A stretch of 64,000 nt of DNA from Planctomycetota bacterium (GTDB lineage: Bacteria; Planctomycetota; B15-G4; SIAN01): contig JANNXA010000014.1 in NCBI GenBank assembly GCA_031409275.1, positions 32,001 through 96,000 of the forward strand. Reading direction: 5' to 3'. Position 1 is the stretch's first letter. The number at the start of each line of letters is the position of its first letter. The position numbers were made by a program, and so were the translations under genes. Shown in pieces: positions 28,130 through 38,679 of the stretch. The notes beneath the pieces are model-generated. The model saw only the letters and a program-made list of their open reading frames with translations, was not told the DNA's origin and made no database searches.

Positions 28130-29311
28130 TTGATCGTCGCGAAACGTCTCCTGCAGATCTCGCCGTCGGCCCCTTTGGCGCTGATGCAGAAGGCTGCGAC
28201 GCTGCGCGAGCAGGGGCGCGACATCCTGAGCCTCGGCGCCGGCGAGCCTGACTTCGAGACGCCGAAGGCCGCCCGAGACGCCGCGCACGCCGCCATCGAG
28301 GGCGGCAAGACGCACTACACGGCGTGCGCGGGCGAGAAGTCGCTGCGCAGCGCCATCGCCGACAAGATGCAGCGCGACCACGGCCTCGCCTACGACTTGA
28401 GCGAGATCCTGGTCAGCAACGGCGCCAAGCAGTCGCTCTACAACGCGTTCCTGGCGCTGCTCGATCCCGGCGACGTCGCGGTGATCCCGACGCCGTACTG
28501 GGTGACCTATCCGGAGGCGACTCGACTGGTCGGTGCCACCCCCCGGCTGGTGTCGAACACCGCGGCGAGCGGCTTTCGGCTCGACCCCGACCGCCTCGAC
28601 GAGGCGCTGCGGGGTGCGCGCCTCTTCATCTTCAACTCGCCGAGCAATCCGACGGGCGCGGTCTACTCGCGCGCGGAGGTCGCCGCGCTCGGCGCCGTGC
28701 TCGAGCGCCACGACTGCTGGATCGTCACCGACGAGATCTACGAGAAGCTCGTCTTCGATGGCGCCAGCCACCACTCGCTCCCCTCCGTCTGCCCCAAGCT
28801 GCGCGAACGCACCGTCGTCGTGAACGGCTTGTCGAAGGCGTACGCAATGACCGGCTGGCGAATGGGCTACGCCGCTGGGCCGCGCACCGCCATCGCCGCG
28901 ATGGACCTCGTCCAGAGCCACACCAGCAGCAACGCCAGCTCGATCTCGCAGCACGCCGCCGAAGCCGCGCTGCGCAGCGAGGGGTCGGAGCTCGGAGTGA
29001 TGGTCGCGGCCTTCGCGCGCCGGCGCCGTCTCGTCCTCGCCGGCCTCGCGTCGATCCGCGGGCTGACGTTGGTGCCGCCGCAAGGCGCCTTCTACGCGTT
29101 CCCTGACGTGTCGAGCTTCCTCGGCGGAGCGCTCGCGAACGCCACCCTCTTGTGCGAGCGAATGCTCGACACGGTGGGCGTCGCGACGGTTTCCGGCGAG
29201 GCGTTCGGCGACCCCAACTGCATCCGTCTCTCGTACGCCACCGCCGACGCCACGCTGACCGAAGCGCTCGCCCGCATGGCCCGTTTCTTCGCCACGCTTC
29301 GATCCGTCTGA
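28130..29311 (+). CDS. PLP-dependent class I/II aminotransferase (aspartate aminotransferase-like)
   Basis: GEPDF, NGAKQSL, NSPSNPTG, DEIYE, SKAYAMTGWRMG; TTG start estimated. Confidence 0.93.
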   Translation: MIVAKRLLQISPSAPLALMQKAATLREQGRDILSLGAGEPDFETPKAARDAAHAAIEGGKTHYTACAGEKSLRSAIADKMQRDHGLAYDLSEILVSNGAKQSLYNAFLALLDPGDVAVIPTPYWVTYPEATRLVGATPRLVSNTAASGFRLDPDRLDEALRGARLFIFNSPSNPTGAVYSRAEVAALGAVLERHDCWIVTDEIYEKLVFDGASHHSLPSVCPKLRERTVVVNGLSKAYAMTGWRMGYAAGPRTAIAAMDLVQSHTSSNASSISQHAAEAALRSEGSELGVMVAAFARRRRLVLAGLASIRGLTLVPPQGAFYAFPDVSSFLGGALANATLLCERMLDTVGVATVSGEAFGDPNCIRLSYATADATLTEALARMARFFATLRSV

Positions 29312-29321
29312 GGAGTCGCCG

Positions 29322-30659
29322 ATGTCGCGAGACCTGCGCAACGGCTTCCTGGTCACGCTGCCGCTCTCCGCCTCGGTGGTCTGCGCCGCGCTGCTGATGA
29401 CGCACTCGCGCGCCGAGGAGGACAACCCGCGCGTCTTCCAGCAGGCCGACCTGATCGCGAAGGTGCTCACCCGCCTCGAACAGGACTACGTCGAGCGCTT
29501 CGACGACGACAAGAGCTGGGAGCTGGTCTACGGCGGCATCAAGGCGATGACGAAGCGCCTCGATCCCTATTCGGTCTTCCTCACCCCCCAGGAGAGCCGG
29601 CCGTTCGCCGAGGAGACGCACAAGAACTACGTCGGCGTCGGCTTCGCCACCAACCCGCAGGCGCCGCCGATCACCATCGACTACGTCTTCGAGCACTCGC
29701 CGGCCGAACGCGCCGGCCTCGTGCCCGGCGATCGCGTGGTCGCCATCGACGGCGAAGCGATCGCGTCGCTCACGCGCGAAGAGGCGATCGAACGCATCAA
29801 GGGGCAGCCGGGCACCACGGTGAAGCTCGCGGTGGTGCGCGCGGCCGGCGGCTTAGAGGAGACGTTCGGGCTCGAGCGCGCGCGCATCCCGCAGTCGTCC
29901 GTCGTCGGCGGCGAGATCATCGACGGCACCGACGGCGTGGCCTACCTCTACGTCGATGGCTTCGGCGACGCGACCGTGCGCGAGTTCGACTTCGCGATGG
30001 AGCAGCTCGCGCAGCGTGGCATGAAGGCGCTGGTGCTCGACCTGCGCTTCAACAACGGCGGCCTGCTCGACCTCTCGCGCACCTTCGCCAACCGCTTCCT
30101 CCGCGACGGCCCCATCGTCAGCATCCGCTACCGGGCGCCGCGCGAAGGGCTCACCCATCGCGCCGACCCCGCCGAGTGCAAGTGGCCCGACCTGCCGCTC
30201 GTCGTGCTGGTGAACGGCGATTCGGCATCGGCTGCGGAGATCGTCGCCGGCGCGCTGCAGGACCAGGGCCGCGCGCTGCTGGTGGGCGAGCGGACCTACG
30301 GCAAGGGCGTGGTCCAGTCGATCTGGAAGATCCCGCTCGATTTCGGCCCGGAAGAGGAGCGCGAGGCGACGCTGAAGCTCACCACCGCCGAGTACCTCAC
30401 GCCGTCCGGTCGCGCCATCGAGAAGCGCGTCACGCGCCAGCAGAAGATCCTCGGCGGGCTCGAGCCCGACTTCACCGTGCGCGTCGACAAGGCGCGCAAC
30501 GAGGAGCTCGTCGAGCGGATCCGCATCCTGCACGTGCCGTTGCGCTGGCGCGAGCAGCACCTCGCCACCCATCAACGCACGCTGCCGCCGCTGCACGACC
30601 GGCAGCTCGACGCGGCGCTGGCCGTGCTTCGCGGCGAAACGCCGACGCAGGACTTCTAG
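29322..30659 (+). CDS. ctpA: Carboxyl-terminal processing protease (S41A, PDZ domain)
   Basis: LDPYS, PDZ domain, LDLRFNNGG, SASAAEIVAGALQD, RTYGKGVVQ. Confidence 0.9.
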   Translation: MSRDLRNGFLVTLPLSASVVCAALLMTHSRAEEDNPRVFQQADLIAKVLTRLEQDYVERFDDDKSWELVYGGIKAMTKRLDPYSVFLTPQESRPFAEETHKNYVGVGFATNPQAPPITIDYVFEHSPAERAGLVPGDRVVAIDGEAIASLTREEAIERIKGQPGTTVKLAVVRAAGGLEETFGLERARIPQSSVVGGEIIDGTDGVAYLYVDGFGDATVREFDFAMEQLAQRGMKALVLDLRFNNGGLLDLSRTFANRFLRDGPIVSIRYRAPREGLTHRADPAECKWPDLPLVVLVNGDSASAAEIVAGALQDQGRALLVGERTYGKGVVQSIWKIPLDFGPEEEREATLKLTTAEYLTPSGRAIEKRVTRQQKILGGLEPDFTVRVDKARNEELVERIRILHVPLRWREQHLATHQRTLPPLHDRQLDAALAVLRGETPTQDF

Positions 30660-30661
30660 GA

Positions 30662-31714
30662 ATGGCGGACACCGGCTTGCTCGACGGTCTCATCCTCGGC
30701 ATCGAGAGCTCGTGCGACGAGACGGCGGCGGCGCTGCTCGATGCCGACGGTCGGGTGCGCGCTTCGATCGTGCGCAGCCAGATCGATCTCCACGCGGCGT
30801 TCGGTGGCGTCGTGCCCGAGATCGCGGGTCGCAGCCACGTCGAGCACATGCTGCCGGTCCTCGAGGAGTGCTTCGCGAAGGCCGGCGCGCAGCGCAGCGA
30901 AGTGCGGGCGATCGCCGTGACGGTCCAGCCGGGGCTGATCGGCTCGCTGCTGGTCGGCGTGTCGACGGCGAAGGCGTTGGCGCTGGCGCTCGACGTGCCG
31001 CTGGTGCCGGTCGATCACGTCGCGGCGCACGTCTACTCGTGCTTCCACGGCGCGCTCGATCCGCAGTTGCCGGCCGCGTGCCTCGTCGCCTCGGGCGGCC
31101 ACTCGACGCTCTTCGCCGTGCACTCGCTGACGCACCACGAGAAGGTCGGCGAGACGATCGACGACGCTGCCGGCGAGGCGTTCGACAAGGTCTCGGCGAT
31201 CGTCGGGCTCGGCTATCCCGGCGGCCCGATCGTCGACCGGCTGGCCGAACAAGGCGATGCCAAGCGCTTCCGTTTCCCGCGCTCGATGCTGAACAAGGAG
31301 TCGCTCGACTTCAGCTTCTCGGGGCTGAAGACGGCGGTGCTCTACCACTGCCGAGGTCAGGATGGACGCGGCAAGCGCGAGCTCGACGCGCAGGAAGTGC
31401 GCGACGTCTGCGCGTCGTTCCAGGAGGCGGTGGTCGACGTGCTGGCGACGAAGCTGGCACGCACCGCGGAGCGCATCGGCGCGCGCGCGCTCGCCGTCGG
31501 CGGCGGCGTCGCCAGCAATCGCCGGTTGCGCGCGCGCGTCACCGAGCTGGCGGCGCAGCTTTGCCTGCCGCTCCATCTGGCGCCGCGCGAGCTCACCACC
31601 GACAACGCGGTGATGGTGGCCGGACTCGGCCGACTGCTCTTCCAGCAGGGCGTGCGCGCCGGCCTCGACCTCGACGCCCACGCGCGCGCCGTGGCTCCGG
31701 CGCCGTCCGCATGA
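30662..31714 (+). CDS. tsaD: tRNA N6-threonylcarbamoyladenosine transferase
   Basis: GIESSCDET, GGVVPEIA, HVAAH, SGGHS, DDAAGEAFDK, FSFSGLKT, TDNAVMV. Confidence 0.96.
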   Translation: MADTGLLDGLILGIESSCDETAAALLDADGRVRASIVRSQIDLHAAFGGVVPEIAGRSHVEHMLPVLEECFAKAGAQRSEVRAIAVTVQPGLIGSLLVGVSTAKALALALDVPLVPVDHVAAHVYSCFHGALDPQLPAACLVASGGHSTLFAVHSLTHHEKVGETIDDAAGEAFDKVSAIVGLGYPGGPIVDRLAEQGDAKRFRFPRSMLNKESLDFSFSGLKTAVLYHCRGQDGRGKRELDAQEVRDVCASFQEAVVDVLATKLARTAERIGARALAVGGGVASNRRLRARVTELAAQLCLPLHLAPRELTTDNAVMVAGLGRLLFQQGVRAGLDLDAHARAVAPAPSA

Positions 31715-32421
31715 GCCGCCGCGCCGTGAAACGCTCCACTCGTGCCGCTCGCGGCGGCGACGGCCTGCTCGGATTCGCGCACGTCGACCACGACCGCGCG
31801 CGACGCTGCGGCTTCCCGGAGGTGATCCTCGGCCGCGGCAAGACGCCGGCGCAGGTCGCCGCGATCTTCGCCGAGCTTGCGGCACGTGGCGATCGCGTGC
31901 TGGCGACCCGCTGCAGCGCCGACGCCTTCGCGGCGGTACGCGCCGAGGTGGCGGGCGCCCGCTTCCACGAGCTGGCCGGCGCGATCACCTGGCGGCGCGG
32001 TGCCGCGCCCCGTGGCGAGGGGTTGATCGCGCTCGTCGCCGCCGGCACGGCCGACTTGCCAGTGGCCGAAGAGGCGCGCCTCACCGCCACGATGATGGGC
32101 GCGCGCGTCGAGGCGCACTACGACGTCGGCGTGGCGGGAATCCACCGGTTGCTCCAAGCGCTTCCACGGATCCGTCGCGCTCGCGTCGCCATCGTCGTCG
32201 CGGGAATGGAAGGGGCGTTGCCCAGCGTCGTTGCCGGCCTGCTCGATCGGCCGGTGATCGCCGTTCCCACCAGCGTCGGCTACGGCGCGGCGTTCGGCGG
32301 GCTTGCAGCGCTGCTGACGATGATCAACTCCTGCGCGGCAGGTGTCAGCGTGGTCAACATCGACAACGGTTTCGGAGCGGGCTATACCGCTGCCCTCGTG
32401 AACCGTGCGCCGCGGCGCTGA
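31711..32421 (+). CDS. larB: Nickel-pincer cofactor carboxylase LarB (PurE-like)
   Basis: DHDRARRCGFPEVI..GKT, AGTADLPVAEEA, DVGVAGIHRL, AGMEGALPS, VNIDNGFGA. Confidence 0.92.
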   Translation: MSRRAVKRSTRAARGGDGLLGFAHVDHDRARRCGFPEVILGRGKTPAQVAAIFAELAARGDRVLATRCSADAFAAVRAEVAGARFHELAGAITWRRGAAPRGEGLIALVAAGTADLPVAEEARLTATMMGARVEAHYDVGVAGIHRLLQALPRIRRARVAIVVAGMEGALPSVVAGLLDRPVIAVPTSVGYGAAFGGLAALLTMINSCAAGVSVVNIDNGFGAGYTAALVNRAPRR

Positions 32422-32487
32422 TCCACGCCAGCGGAGCGTCGCGGCGGTCACCCGCGCCCGTCACTTCCCGCAACGCGAAGGGCCTCC

Positions 32488-33645
32488 ATGCACGCTCCGG
32501 CCTGGCTTGTCTTCGAAGATGGCACCACGTTCTCCGGCCGCTCGATCGGCCGCGCCGGCGAGACCTTCGGCGAGGTCGTCTTCAACACCTCGATGAGCGG
32601 CTACCAGGAGATCCTGACCGACCCCTCCTACAAGGGGCAGGTCGTCGTGATGACCTATCCGCTGATCGGCAACTACGGCATCGCGCCGTCCGACGGCGAG
32701 AGCCCGCGTTGCTGGCTCGAGGGCTTCGTCGTGCGCGAACTCTCGAAGGTCCCGTCCAACTTCCGCAGCGTCATCGACCTCGATCGCTGGCTCGACGAGC
32801 AGGGCGTCGTCGGCATCGAAGAGGTCGACACGCGCGCCATCGTCCGCAAGATCCGCGCGGGCAAGGTGCAGCGCGTCGGCATCTCGGCGACCGAGCGCGA
32901 CCCCAAGCGCCTGCATGCGCGCGTGCTCGCGTCGCCGCGCACCGACGGACTCGACCTCGTGAAGACGGTCACCCGCGCGAAGGCGGAGCAGTGGGTGCAA
33001 GGCCTCGACCTCGCCGAATTCCAGCCGAAGCCCGCCAACTTCTCCGGACCGCGCTACAAGATCGTCGCCTACGACTTCGGCATGAAGAGCAACATCCTGC
33101 GCAGCCTGGTTTCGACCGGCTTCGAGGTCGAGGTCGTGCCGGCCGCGACGTCGTGGCGCGAGGTGATGGCGAAGTCGCCGGACGGCGTCTTCTTCTCGAA
33201 CGGGCCGGGCGATCCCGAACCGGTCCACTACGCCGTCGAGAATGCGCGCGCCTTCCTCGAGCAGCGCGTCCCCTTCTTCGGCATCTGCCTCGGTCACCAA
33301 CTGCTCGGACTCGCGCTGAACGGCAAGACGCGCAAGATGCCGTTCGGTCACCACGGCGGGAATCAGCCGGTGCTCGATCGCACCACCGGCGCCATCGAGA
33401 TCACGGCCCAGAACCATTCGTTCATGGTCGATCCCGAGACGCTCGACCCGGCGCAGGTCGAGATCACCCACATCAACTTGAACGATCAGACGGTCGAGGG
33501 GATGCGCTGCCGGCAGCTGCCCGCGTTCTCGGTGCAGTACCACCCCGAAGCGGCGCCGGGCCCGCACGACTCGCTCTACCTCTTCAAACGCTTCCGTTCG
33601 TTGATCGAACAGCAGCGCTCTGCCACCGCCGGCCTGCCGCGCTAG
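32488..33645 (+). CDS. carA: Carbamoyl-phosphate synthase small subunit
   Basis: GEVVFNTSMSGYQE, SNGPGDP, GICLGHQ, FGHHGGN, QYHPEAAPGP. Confidence 0.97.
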   Translation: MHAPAWLVFEDGTTFSGRSIGRAGETFGEVVFNTSMSGYQEILTDPSYKGQVVVMTYPLIGNYGIAPSDGESPRCWLEGFVVRELSKVPSNFRSVIDLDRWLDEQGVVGIEEVDTRAIVRKIRAGKVQRVGISATERDPKRLHARVLASPRTDGLDLVKTVTRAKAEQWVQGLDLAEFQPKPANFSGPRYKIVAYDFGMKSNILRSLVSTGFEVEVVPAATSWREVMAKSPDGVFFSNGPGDPEPVHYAVENARAFLEQRVPFFGICLGHQLLGLALNGKTRKMPFGHHGGNQPVLDRTTGAIEITAQNHSFMVDPETLDPAQVEITHINLNDQTVEGMRCRQLPAFSVQYHPEAAPGPHDSLYLFKRFRSLIEQQRSATAGLPR

Positions 33646-33735
33646 TCTCCCGCCCCGCGTCGCGCCGGTGGGAGGCCCCTCCGCCGTGTTCGGCCCACGA
33701 TGGGCCGCGCGCGCCGCCATGAGGGGAACTCGCCA

Positions 33736-35646
33736 ATGGTGTTTCACCTGTTCGCGGCGCTGCTTTTCACGGCGCGCGGAGTGCCGACGCTCGACCAGCC
33801 GGAGCTGAAGCGGCTCGCCGATCGATGCGGCAGCCAGATCGACTGGTTGCGCGACCTGCCCGCGGTGGACGAAGCGGGCGGCGCATTCAACTACGTGCGC
33901 GACGGCAAGAAGCTCGACGCCAACGCGTTGAACCAGGGCGAGCTCCCGCCGGCGGCGCTGAAGCAGAAGATCGGCGAAGCGCTGTCGCGCGCGCGACTGG
34001 AGAAGAAGCTGGTGCTCTGGCACGTCTGGCGCCTCGAAGGCGGTCAGATGTATCGCGCGCCAATCCTCGACGACTACATGGATCAGGTGCTCTGGAGCGA
34101 TCCGGAGCTGGTCGCGCTGGTGAACGCCAACTTCGTGCCGCTGCGCACGCGCCTCTCCAAGGAGGTCGGCGCGCAGTTCGGACTCGTCGCATGGGAGTCG
34201 ATCGAACCGGCGCTCGTCTTCCTGACGCCCGACGGCAAGGTCGTCCACTCGATGGACCGGCTGCGCACCTTCGATGCCCACTGGTTCGCCGACGTGATGC
34301 GACGCGTGCTCGCGGCCCATCCCGAGTTCGATCCGGAAGATCAGAAGCCTGCCGCCGCTGACTCCTTCGCGACGCCCGACGCCGGCGCGCTGGAGCAGTC
34401 GCGCACCGCCTACTACGCCGCGATGGGCGAATGGCTAGCGGGTCGTGACGATGCGGCGCTCGACGGCTGGAAGAAGCTGATCGCGGCGCAGCCCGACAGC
34501 CCGTTCGCCTGGCGCGCCGCCGCCAACTTCGTGATCACGCCCGACAAGACCCCGGCCGGCGCGGCACGCCACGCGTTCGAAGGACCGGGCGCGCTCGCGC
34601 TGCCGACCGACGGCGCGCTGCCGCGCGACACGCGCTGGCGGCGCAAGCCGTCGGACGCCGAGAGCGTGGCGGAGAATGCGCTGCGGTGGCTGCTGCGGAC
34701 GCAGCGAGCCGACGGCTCGTGGAACGATTGCCGCTACGCCTACTGGAGCACGCCGGCGATCACCCCGAATGCCTGGATGGCGATCACCGCGCTGGCCGCG
34801 ACGGCGCTGCTCGAGTGGCGCGACCTGGCGCCCGATGAGGTCGACGCCGCGCTGTCGCGTGCCGAGGAGTACATGTTCAGCAGCGCCGGCGGCCGGATGA
34901 ACCTCGGCGAGAACGAGGAGTGCTACGCCCACGGCTATCGGATCCTCTACGTCGAACGGGTCCTCGCCCAGACCGAGGATGCGGAGTTGCGCGGGCCGCT
35001 GGTCGCGCGCCTGCAAGGGCTCGTGCAGCAGCTGGTGGGCACGCAGCGGCAGGGCGGCCAGTGGGCGCACGAGTACGACAACGCCTTCTGCACGGCGGCC
35101 GCGCTCGAAGCGCTGCGGCGCGCGCAGGCGGGCGGGGCGAAGGTCCCTGAAGCGGCGCTCACGCGCGGCCTCGACGGCCTGCAGGCGGCGCGCTACGCCG
35201 ACGGCACCTACGGCTACGGCGGTGGCGGCGCGCGCGGCAAGCCGGCGCCTCACCCCGACCACGTGAAGGATTCCAGCGGCCGCATGCCGGCATGCGAATC
35301 GGAGCTGGTGGCGGCCGGTCGTTCCGATGCGACCGCGCTGGGCAAGGCGTTCGCCGCGTACCGCCAGTACTTCGATCGCTTCGAGAAGATCTCGAAATGC
35401 GACTTCCACACCGATGGCGAGCTCGGCGGCTTCTTCTTCTTCAACGATCTCTACCAGTCGTCGGTCGCGCTGGCGCAGGTGCCGGCTTCCGCTCGGCCCG
35501 AGCTGCGCCGCTGGTTCGTCGAGCGCATCACCGCGCTGCCGGAGATCGACGGGTCGTTCCTGGATGACCACGAGATCGGCAAGAGCTGCAGCACGGCGTT
35601 CGCGCTGCTGGCGCTGAAGAACGCACTCGCGACGGACGCCCAATGA
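33736..35646 (+). CDS. Secreted protein: thioredoxin-like N-domain plus prenyltransferase/squalene-cyclase-type (alpha/alpha) barrel
   Basis: SDPELVALVNANFVPLR...PALVFLTPDGKVV (thioredoxin-like); QW-type repeats TQRADGSW, TQRQGGQW, ADGTYGY, IDGSF. Confidence 0.65.
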   Translation: MVFHLFAALLFTARGVPTLDQPELKRLADRCGSQIDWLRDLPAVDEAGGAFNYVRDGKKLDANALNQGELPPAALKQKIGEALSRARLEKKLVLWHVWRLEGGQMYRAPILDDYMDQVLWSDPELVALVNANFVPLRTRLSKEVGAQFGLVAWESIEPALVFLTPDGKVVHSMDRLRTFDAHWFADVMRRVLAAHPEFDPEDQKPAAADSFATPDAGALEQSRTAYYAAMGEWLAGRDDAALDGWKKLIAAQPDSPFAWRAAANFVITPDKTPAGAARHAFEGPGALALPTDGALPRDTRWRRKPSDAESVAENALRWLLRTQRADGSWNDCRYAYWSTPAITPNAWMAITALAATALLEWRDLAPDEVDAALSRAEEYMFSSAGGRMNLGENEECYAHGYRILYVERVLAQTEDAELRGPLVARLQGLVQQLVGTQRQGGQWAHEYDNAFCTAAALEALRRAQAGGAKVPEAALTRGLDGLQAARYADGTYGYGGGGARGKPAPHPDHVKDSSGRMPACESELVAAGRSDATALGKAFAAYRQYFDRFEKISKCDFHTDGELGGFFFFNDLYQSSVALAQVPASARPELRRWFVERITALPEIDGSFLDDHEIGKSCSTAFALLALKNALATDAQ

Positions 35647-37208
35647 GCGGCCTCCTGCTCGGCGGCGTGCTGGCCGCGTTGGCGCAGGCGAGTGCGACGA
35701 CCGGCCCGCCCACGGTTCGCTACGAGGTCGCCCTCGACGCGTCCAGCGCGGGCGATGCCGCTCGCTGGCACGTGCGCGCCACCTTTCCGCATGAAGGTGA
35801 CGCGCCGCTCGAGTTCTGGATGCCGCGCTGGACCGCGGGCGCCTACCACCTCGCCGAGTACGGACAGTTCGTCGAGAAGCTCGTGGCGCGCGACGCCGCC
35901 AGCGGCGCCGAGCTTGCGGTCGATCGCGACGGGAAGAACCGCTTCGTGGTCGCGGCCGGTCCGGCGAGTTCGGTGACGCTCGACTACGTCGCACGGCCAT
36001 GCGCGCAGGCCAGCATCAACGAGAACATGATCCTCGAGGTCGAAGGCAACCGCATCACGCGCGACTACGCCTTCATTTCGCCCAACTCGCTGCTCGGCTT
36101 CGTGCGCGGCGCGCAGGAGCTGCCGTGCAGCGTGCGCTTCGAATTGCCGTCGGGCTGGACGGCCGCATCGGCGCTGCCAACCGCCGACGATGGCGCCCTG
36201 CAGGCGCCGTCGTGGTGGCGGCTCGAAGACTCGCCGGTCCTGCTGTCGGCGCAGATGACGACGGTGCCCTTCGAGGTCGACGGGATCCCCCACCACTTCA
36301 CGCTGCAAGGCGGCGACGCCGCGCGCGCCGCGACGCTCGCCGACCATTGCCGCCGGATGGCGGAAGCGGGACGCGACTGGATGCAGGGGCTCCCGTACTC
36401 GAACTACCACTTCCTCCTGGTCGTCGATCCGCGCGAGCAGGGAGGCGCCGGACTCGAGCACAGCAACTCGACCTTGATCGCCGTCGATCCAAGCGTCGCA
36501 GCAAGCGACGAGATCGACCATCTGCTGGCGCACGAGTACTTCCACAGCTGGTGCGCGGAGCGGATCCACGTCGCGGCGCTCGATCGCCCCGACTACACGC
36601 AGCCGCTGGTCACCGGCACCATCTGGGTCAACGAGGGGCTGACCGAGTACTTCTGCCGCCACCTGTTGGTGCGCGCCGGGCTGCGCACGCGCGCGCAGTT
36701 CTTCGCCGGCCTCGCCGAAGAGGGGCGCAACGCTCGCATGCTGTGGACGGCGGCGTCGGACCGCTCGTGGAGCGACGTTTCGCGTGACGCCGCGAACTGG
36801 GACGACTTCGGGGACCTGATGGCGTTCTCGGTGAAGCACTACCAGGGCGGCTGCGTCACCATCTTCGCGCTCGACCTCGACATGCGCGCCGCATCGGCGG
36901 GCGAGCGCGGCGTCGCCGACCTGCTGCGCTTCTTGCAGCAGGCATACGGCACGCGCGGCAAGGGGTTCGCCGAGGATGCGATGCCCGCGATCGTGGCCGG
37001 GATCGCGCAGGCGAATCTCGACGCCTTCTTCGCCGAGCACATCGACGGCAAGACGCTGCCGAAGCTGCGCGATCGGCTGAGCACCATCGGCTACGCGGTC
37101 AAGGGCGGCCTGCAGGAGATCGTCCCCGTGCCCGACGCCACGTTCGAGCAAGGGGATGCGCTCGAGGACTTCTTCACGCCGCCGCCCGCCGCACCCCGAT
37201 CCCGCTGA
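35643..37208 (+). CDS. M61 glycyl aminopeptidase family metallopeptidase
   Basis: MPRWTAGAY, GGAGLEHSNS, AHEYFHSW, WVNEGLTEY; no PDZ domain apparent. Confidence 0.88.
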   Translation: MSGLLLGGVLAALAQASATTGPPTVRYEVALDASSAGDAARWHVRATFPHEGDAPLEFWMPRWTAGAYHLAEYGQFVEKLVARDAASGAELAVDRDGKNRFVVAAGPASSVTLDYVARPCAQASINENMILEVEGNRITRDYAFISPNSLLGFVRGAQELPCSVRFELPSGWTAASALPTADDGALQAPSWWRLEDSPVLLSAQMTTVPFEVDGIPHHFTLQGGDAARAATLADHCRRMAEAGRDWMQGLPYSNYHFLLVVDPREQGGAGLEHSNSTLIAVDPSVAASDEIDHLLAHEYFHSWCAERIHVAALDRPDYTQPLVTGTIWVNEGLTEYFCRHLLVRAGLRTRAQFFAGLAEEGRNARMLWTAASDRSWSDVSRDAANWDDFGDLMAFSVKHYQGGCVTIFALDLDMRAASAGERGVADLLRFLQQAYGTRGKGFAEDAMPAIVAGIAQANLDAFFAEHIDGKTLPKLRDRLSTIGYAVKGGLQEIVPVPDATFEQGDALEDFFTPPPAAPRSR

Positions 37209-37214
37209 ACTCGC

Positions 37215-38474
37215 TCAGAAGGTGACGTCGACGCGCAGCATCCCGACCCAGGCGTCGTCGACGCTCGCGTCGCCGCCCGGATGGAAGACGCGCTGCAGGT
37301 CAGGTCGCACGATCAGCCACGGCGTGACCTGGATCTTCCAAGCCAGCTCCGCGGCGATCTCTTCGTCTTCGGTGAAGCCGGCACCGGCCTCGCCCGACAG
37401 GTCCACCCATGAGATCGCCAGCGCGAAGACGTCGTCGTCGCGACCCTCGCAGCCGCCGGTCCATTGCAGTCCGATCGCGGCGTGGTGCGACGCCTCGCTG
37501 ACCTCCTCGTCGGCGCAACCCAGCAGGATCGCACAGGCGATTCCCTGCATGTCCTCGGCGTCGTCGGCGTTCTCGCGCCACAACGTCTGGTCGAAGGTGG
37601 CGTAGAAGGTCTCGGTTCCTTCGGTAGTCGAGCCGTCGAAGCGATCGAACGTCCCGCTGTGATGCGACGCGCCGATGGCCAGCCGTCCTGGCAACGTCTC
37701 TTCGCAGCACGACCAGCGCAGACCGAGCTCGCCGATCCAGTAGAGGTCATCGGGCGCGCCGAGGAAGGTCTTCGGTCCGCGACCACCCGTGCGCACGCCC
37801 TCCTGGCCGGCACCGTCGAAGCAGCCGGCCGACAACGAGCCGCTCTCGCTCCAGCTCCAGAACGCGCAGATCGCGGTGGCCGGGTCGGGATAGGTGGGCA
37901 GCCCCGTCGTCGGCGATACCACCAGGGAGCTGTGCAGCAGTTCGCCCGCGTTCTCGACCACGCTGAACTCGGTGCTGGCGTCGATCTTGCCGAGCTTGAG
38001 CCGCCACGTGCCGTCGGCGAAGAGTTGCTCGTACCAGACCTCCGCGATCTGGTGCATGGGGCTTGAATCGAAGTTCGACAGCGCCTGCCAATCGCCGACG
38101 TCGTTCGACACCTGGCGGCCGTTCAGCGAGTAGGCGTCGAGGAAGAGCGTCGCGCCCGGCACGCCGGCCAGCGCTTCGAGATCGAAGGTGAAGTTGACGT
38201 CGAGCAGGTGGTGGAACGTCGAACGCTCGCGAACGCCGCCAGCGAGCACGCGCGCGAGTTCCGCGGTCCAGCCGCCCTCGACCGCGATTCCGGCATCAGC
38301 GAGCGAACTCCGTGCGCCCCCCCACTCACCGGTGAGCTTCTCTTGTTCGAGAATGCCTTGCGCGCTGGCGCGCCCGCCGATGACGAGCAATGCCGTGCTC
38401 GCCGCAGCGAGTCCTAGAGCGCGCTCCAGGCGCGAACGCGTCGGCCCCCCGCTTCCATCGCCGGATCGGTCCAC
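37215..38474 (-). CDS. Carbohydrate-selective porin, OprB family
   Basis: KLTGEWGGARSSL, EVWYEQ, LKLGKID, PTYPDP, VRPDLQ.VFHPGG, terminal Phe; start estimated at GTG 38474. Confidence 0.88.
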   Translation of the reverse strand: MDRSGDGSGGPTRSRLERALGLAAASTALLVIGGRASAQGILEQEKLTGEWGGARSSLADAGIAVEGGWTAELARVLAGGVRERSTFHHLLDVNFTFDLEALAGVPGATLFLDAYSLNGRQVSNDVGDWQALSNFDSSPMHQIAEVWYEQLFADGTWRLKLGKIDASTEFSVVENAGELLHSSLVVSPTTGLPTYPDPATAICAFWSWSESGSLSAGCFDGAGQEGVRTGGRGPKTFLGAPDDLYWIGELGLRWSCCEETLPGRLAIGASHHSGTFDRFDGSTTEGTETFYATFDQTLWRENADDAEDMQGIACAILLGCADEEVSEASHHAAIGLQWTGGCEGRDDDVFALAISWVDLSGEAGAGFTEDEEIAAELAWKIQVTPWLIVRPDLQRVFHPGGDASVDDAWVGMLRVDVTF

Positions 38475-38679
38475 GTGACATCCCCTGTTGTCGATCAAGT
38501 TGATGAAGCGTCGAGTGTCGGACTCGGCACTGCGCGGCTCGATCGGCGCGTGAACGCGACCAGCTCGATCGGCGGGGCCAGGAATGGCGACGCCTCCCCG
38601 GGGGAAAGGGAGATCGTGCAGACGATTCCATGGCGGAGAGCGACGACAGGGCGAAGACCGGAAGGACGTTCCGATGACG

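Noticed and set aside
32488..33645. carA without adjacent carB
   Set aside because: Split carA/carB is common and not informative
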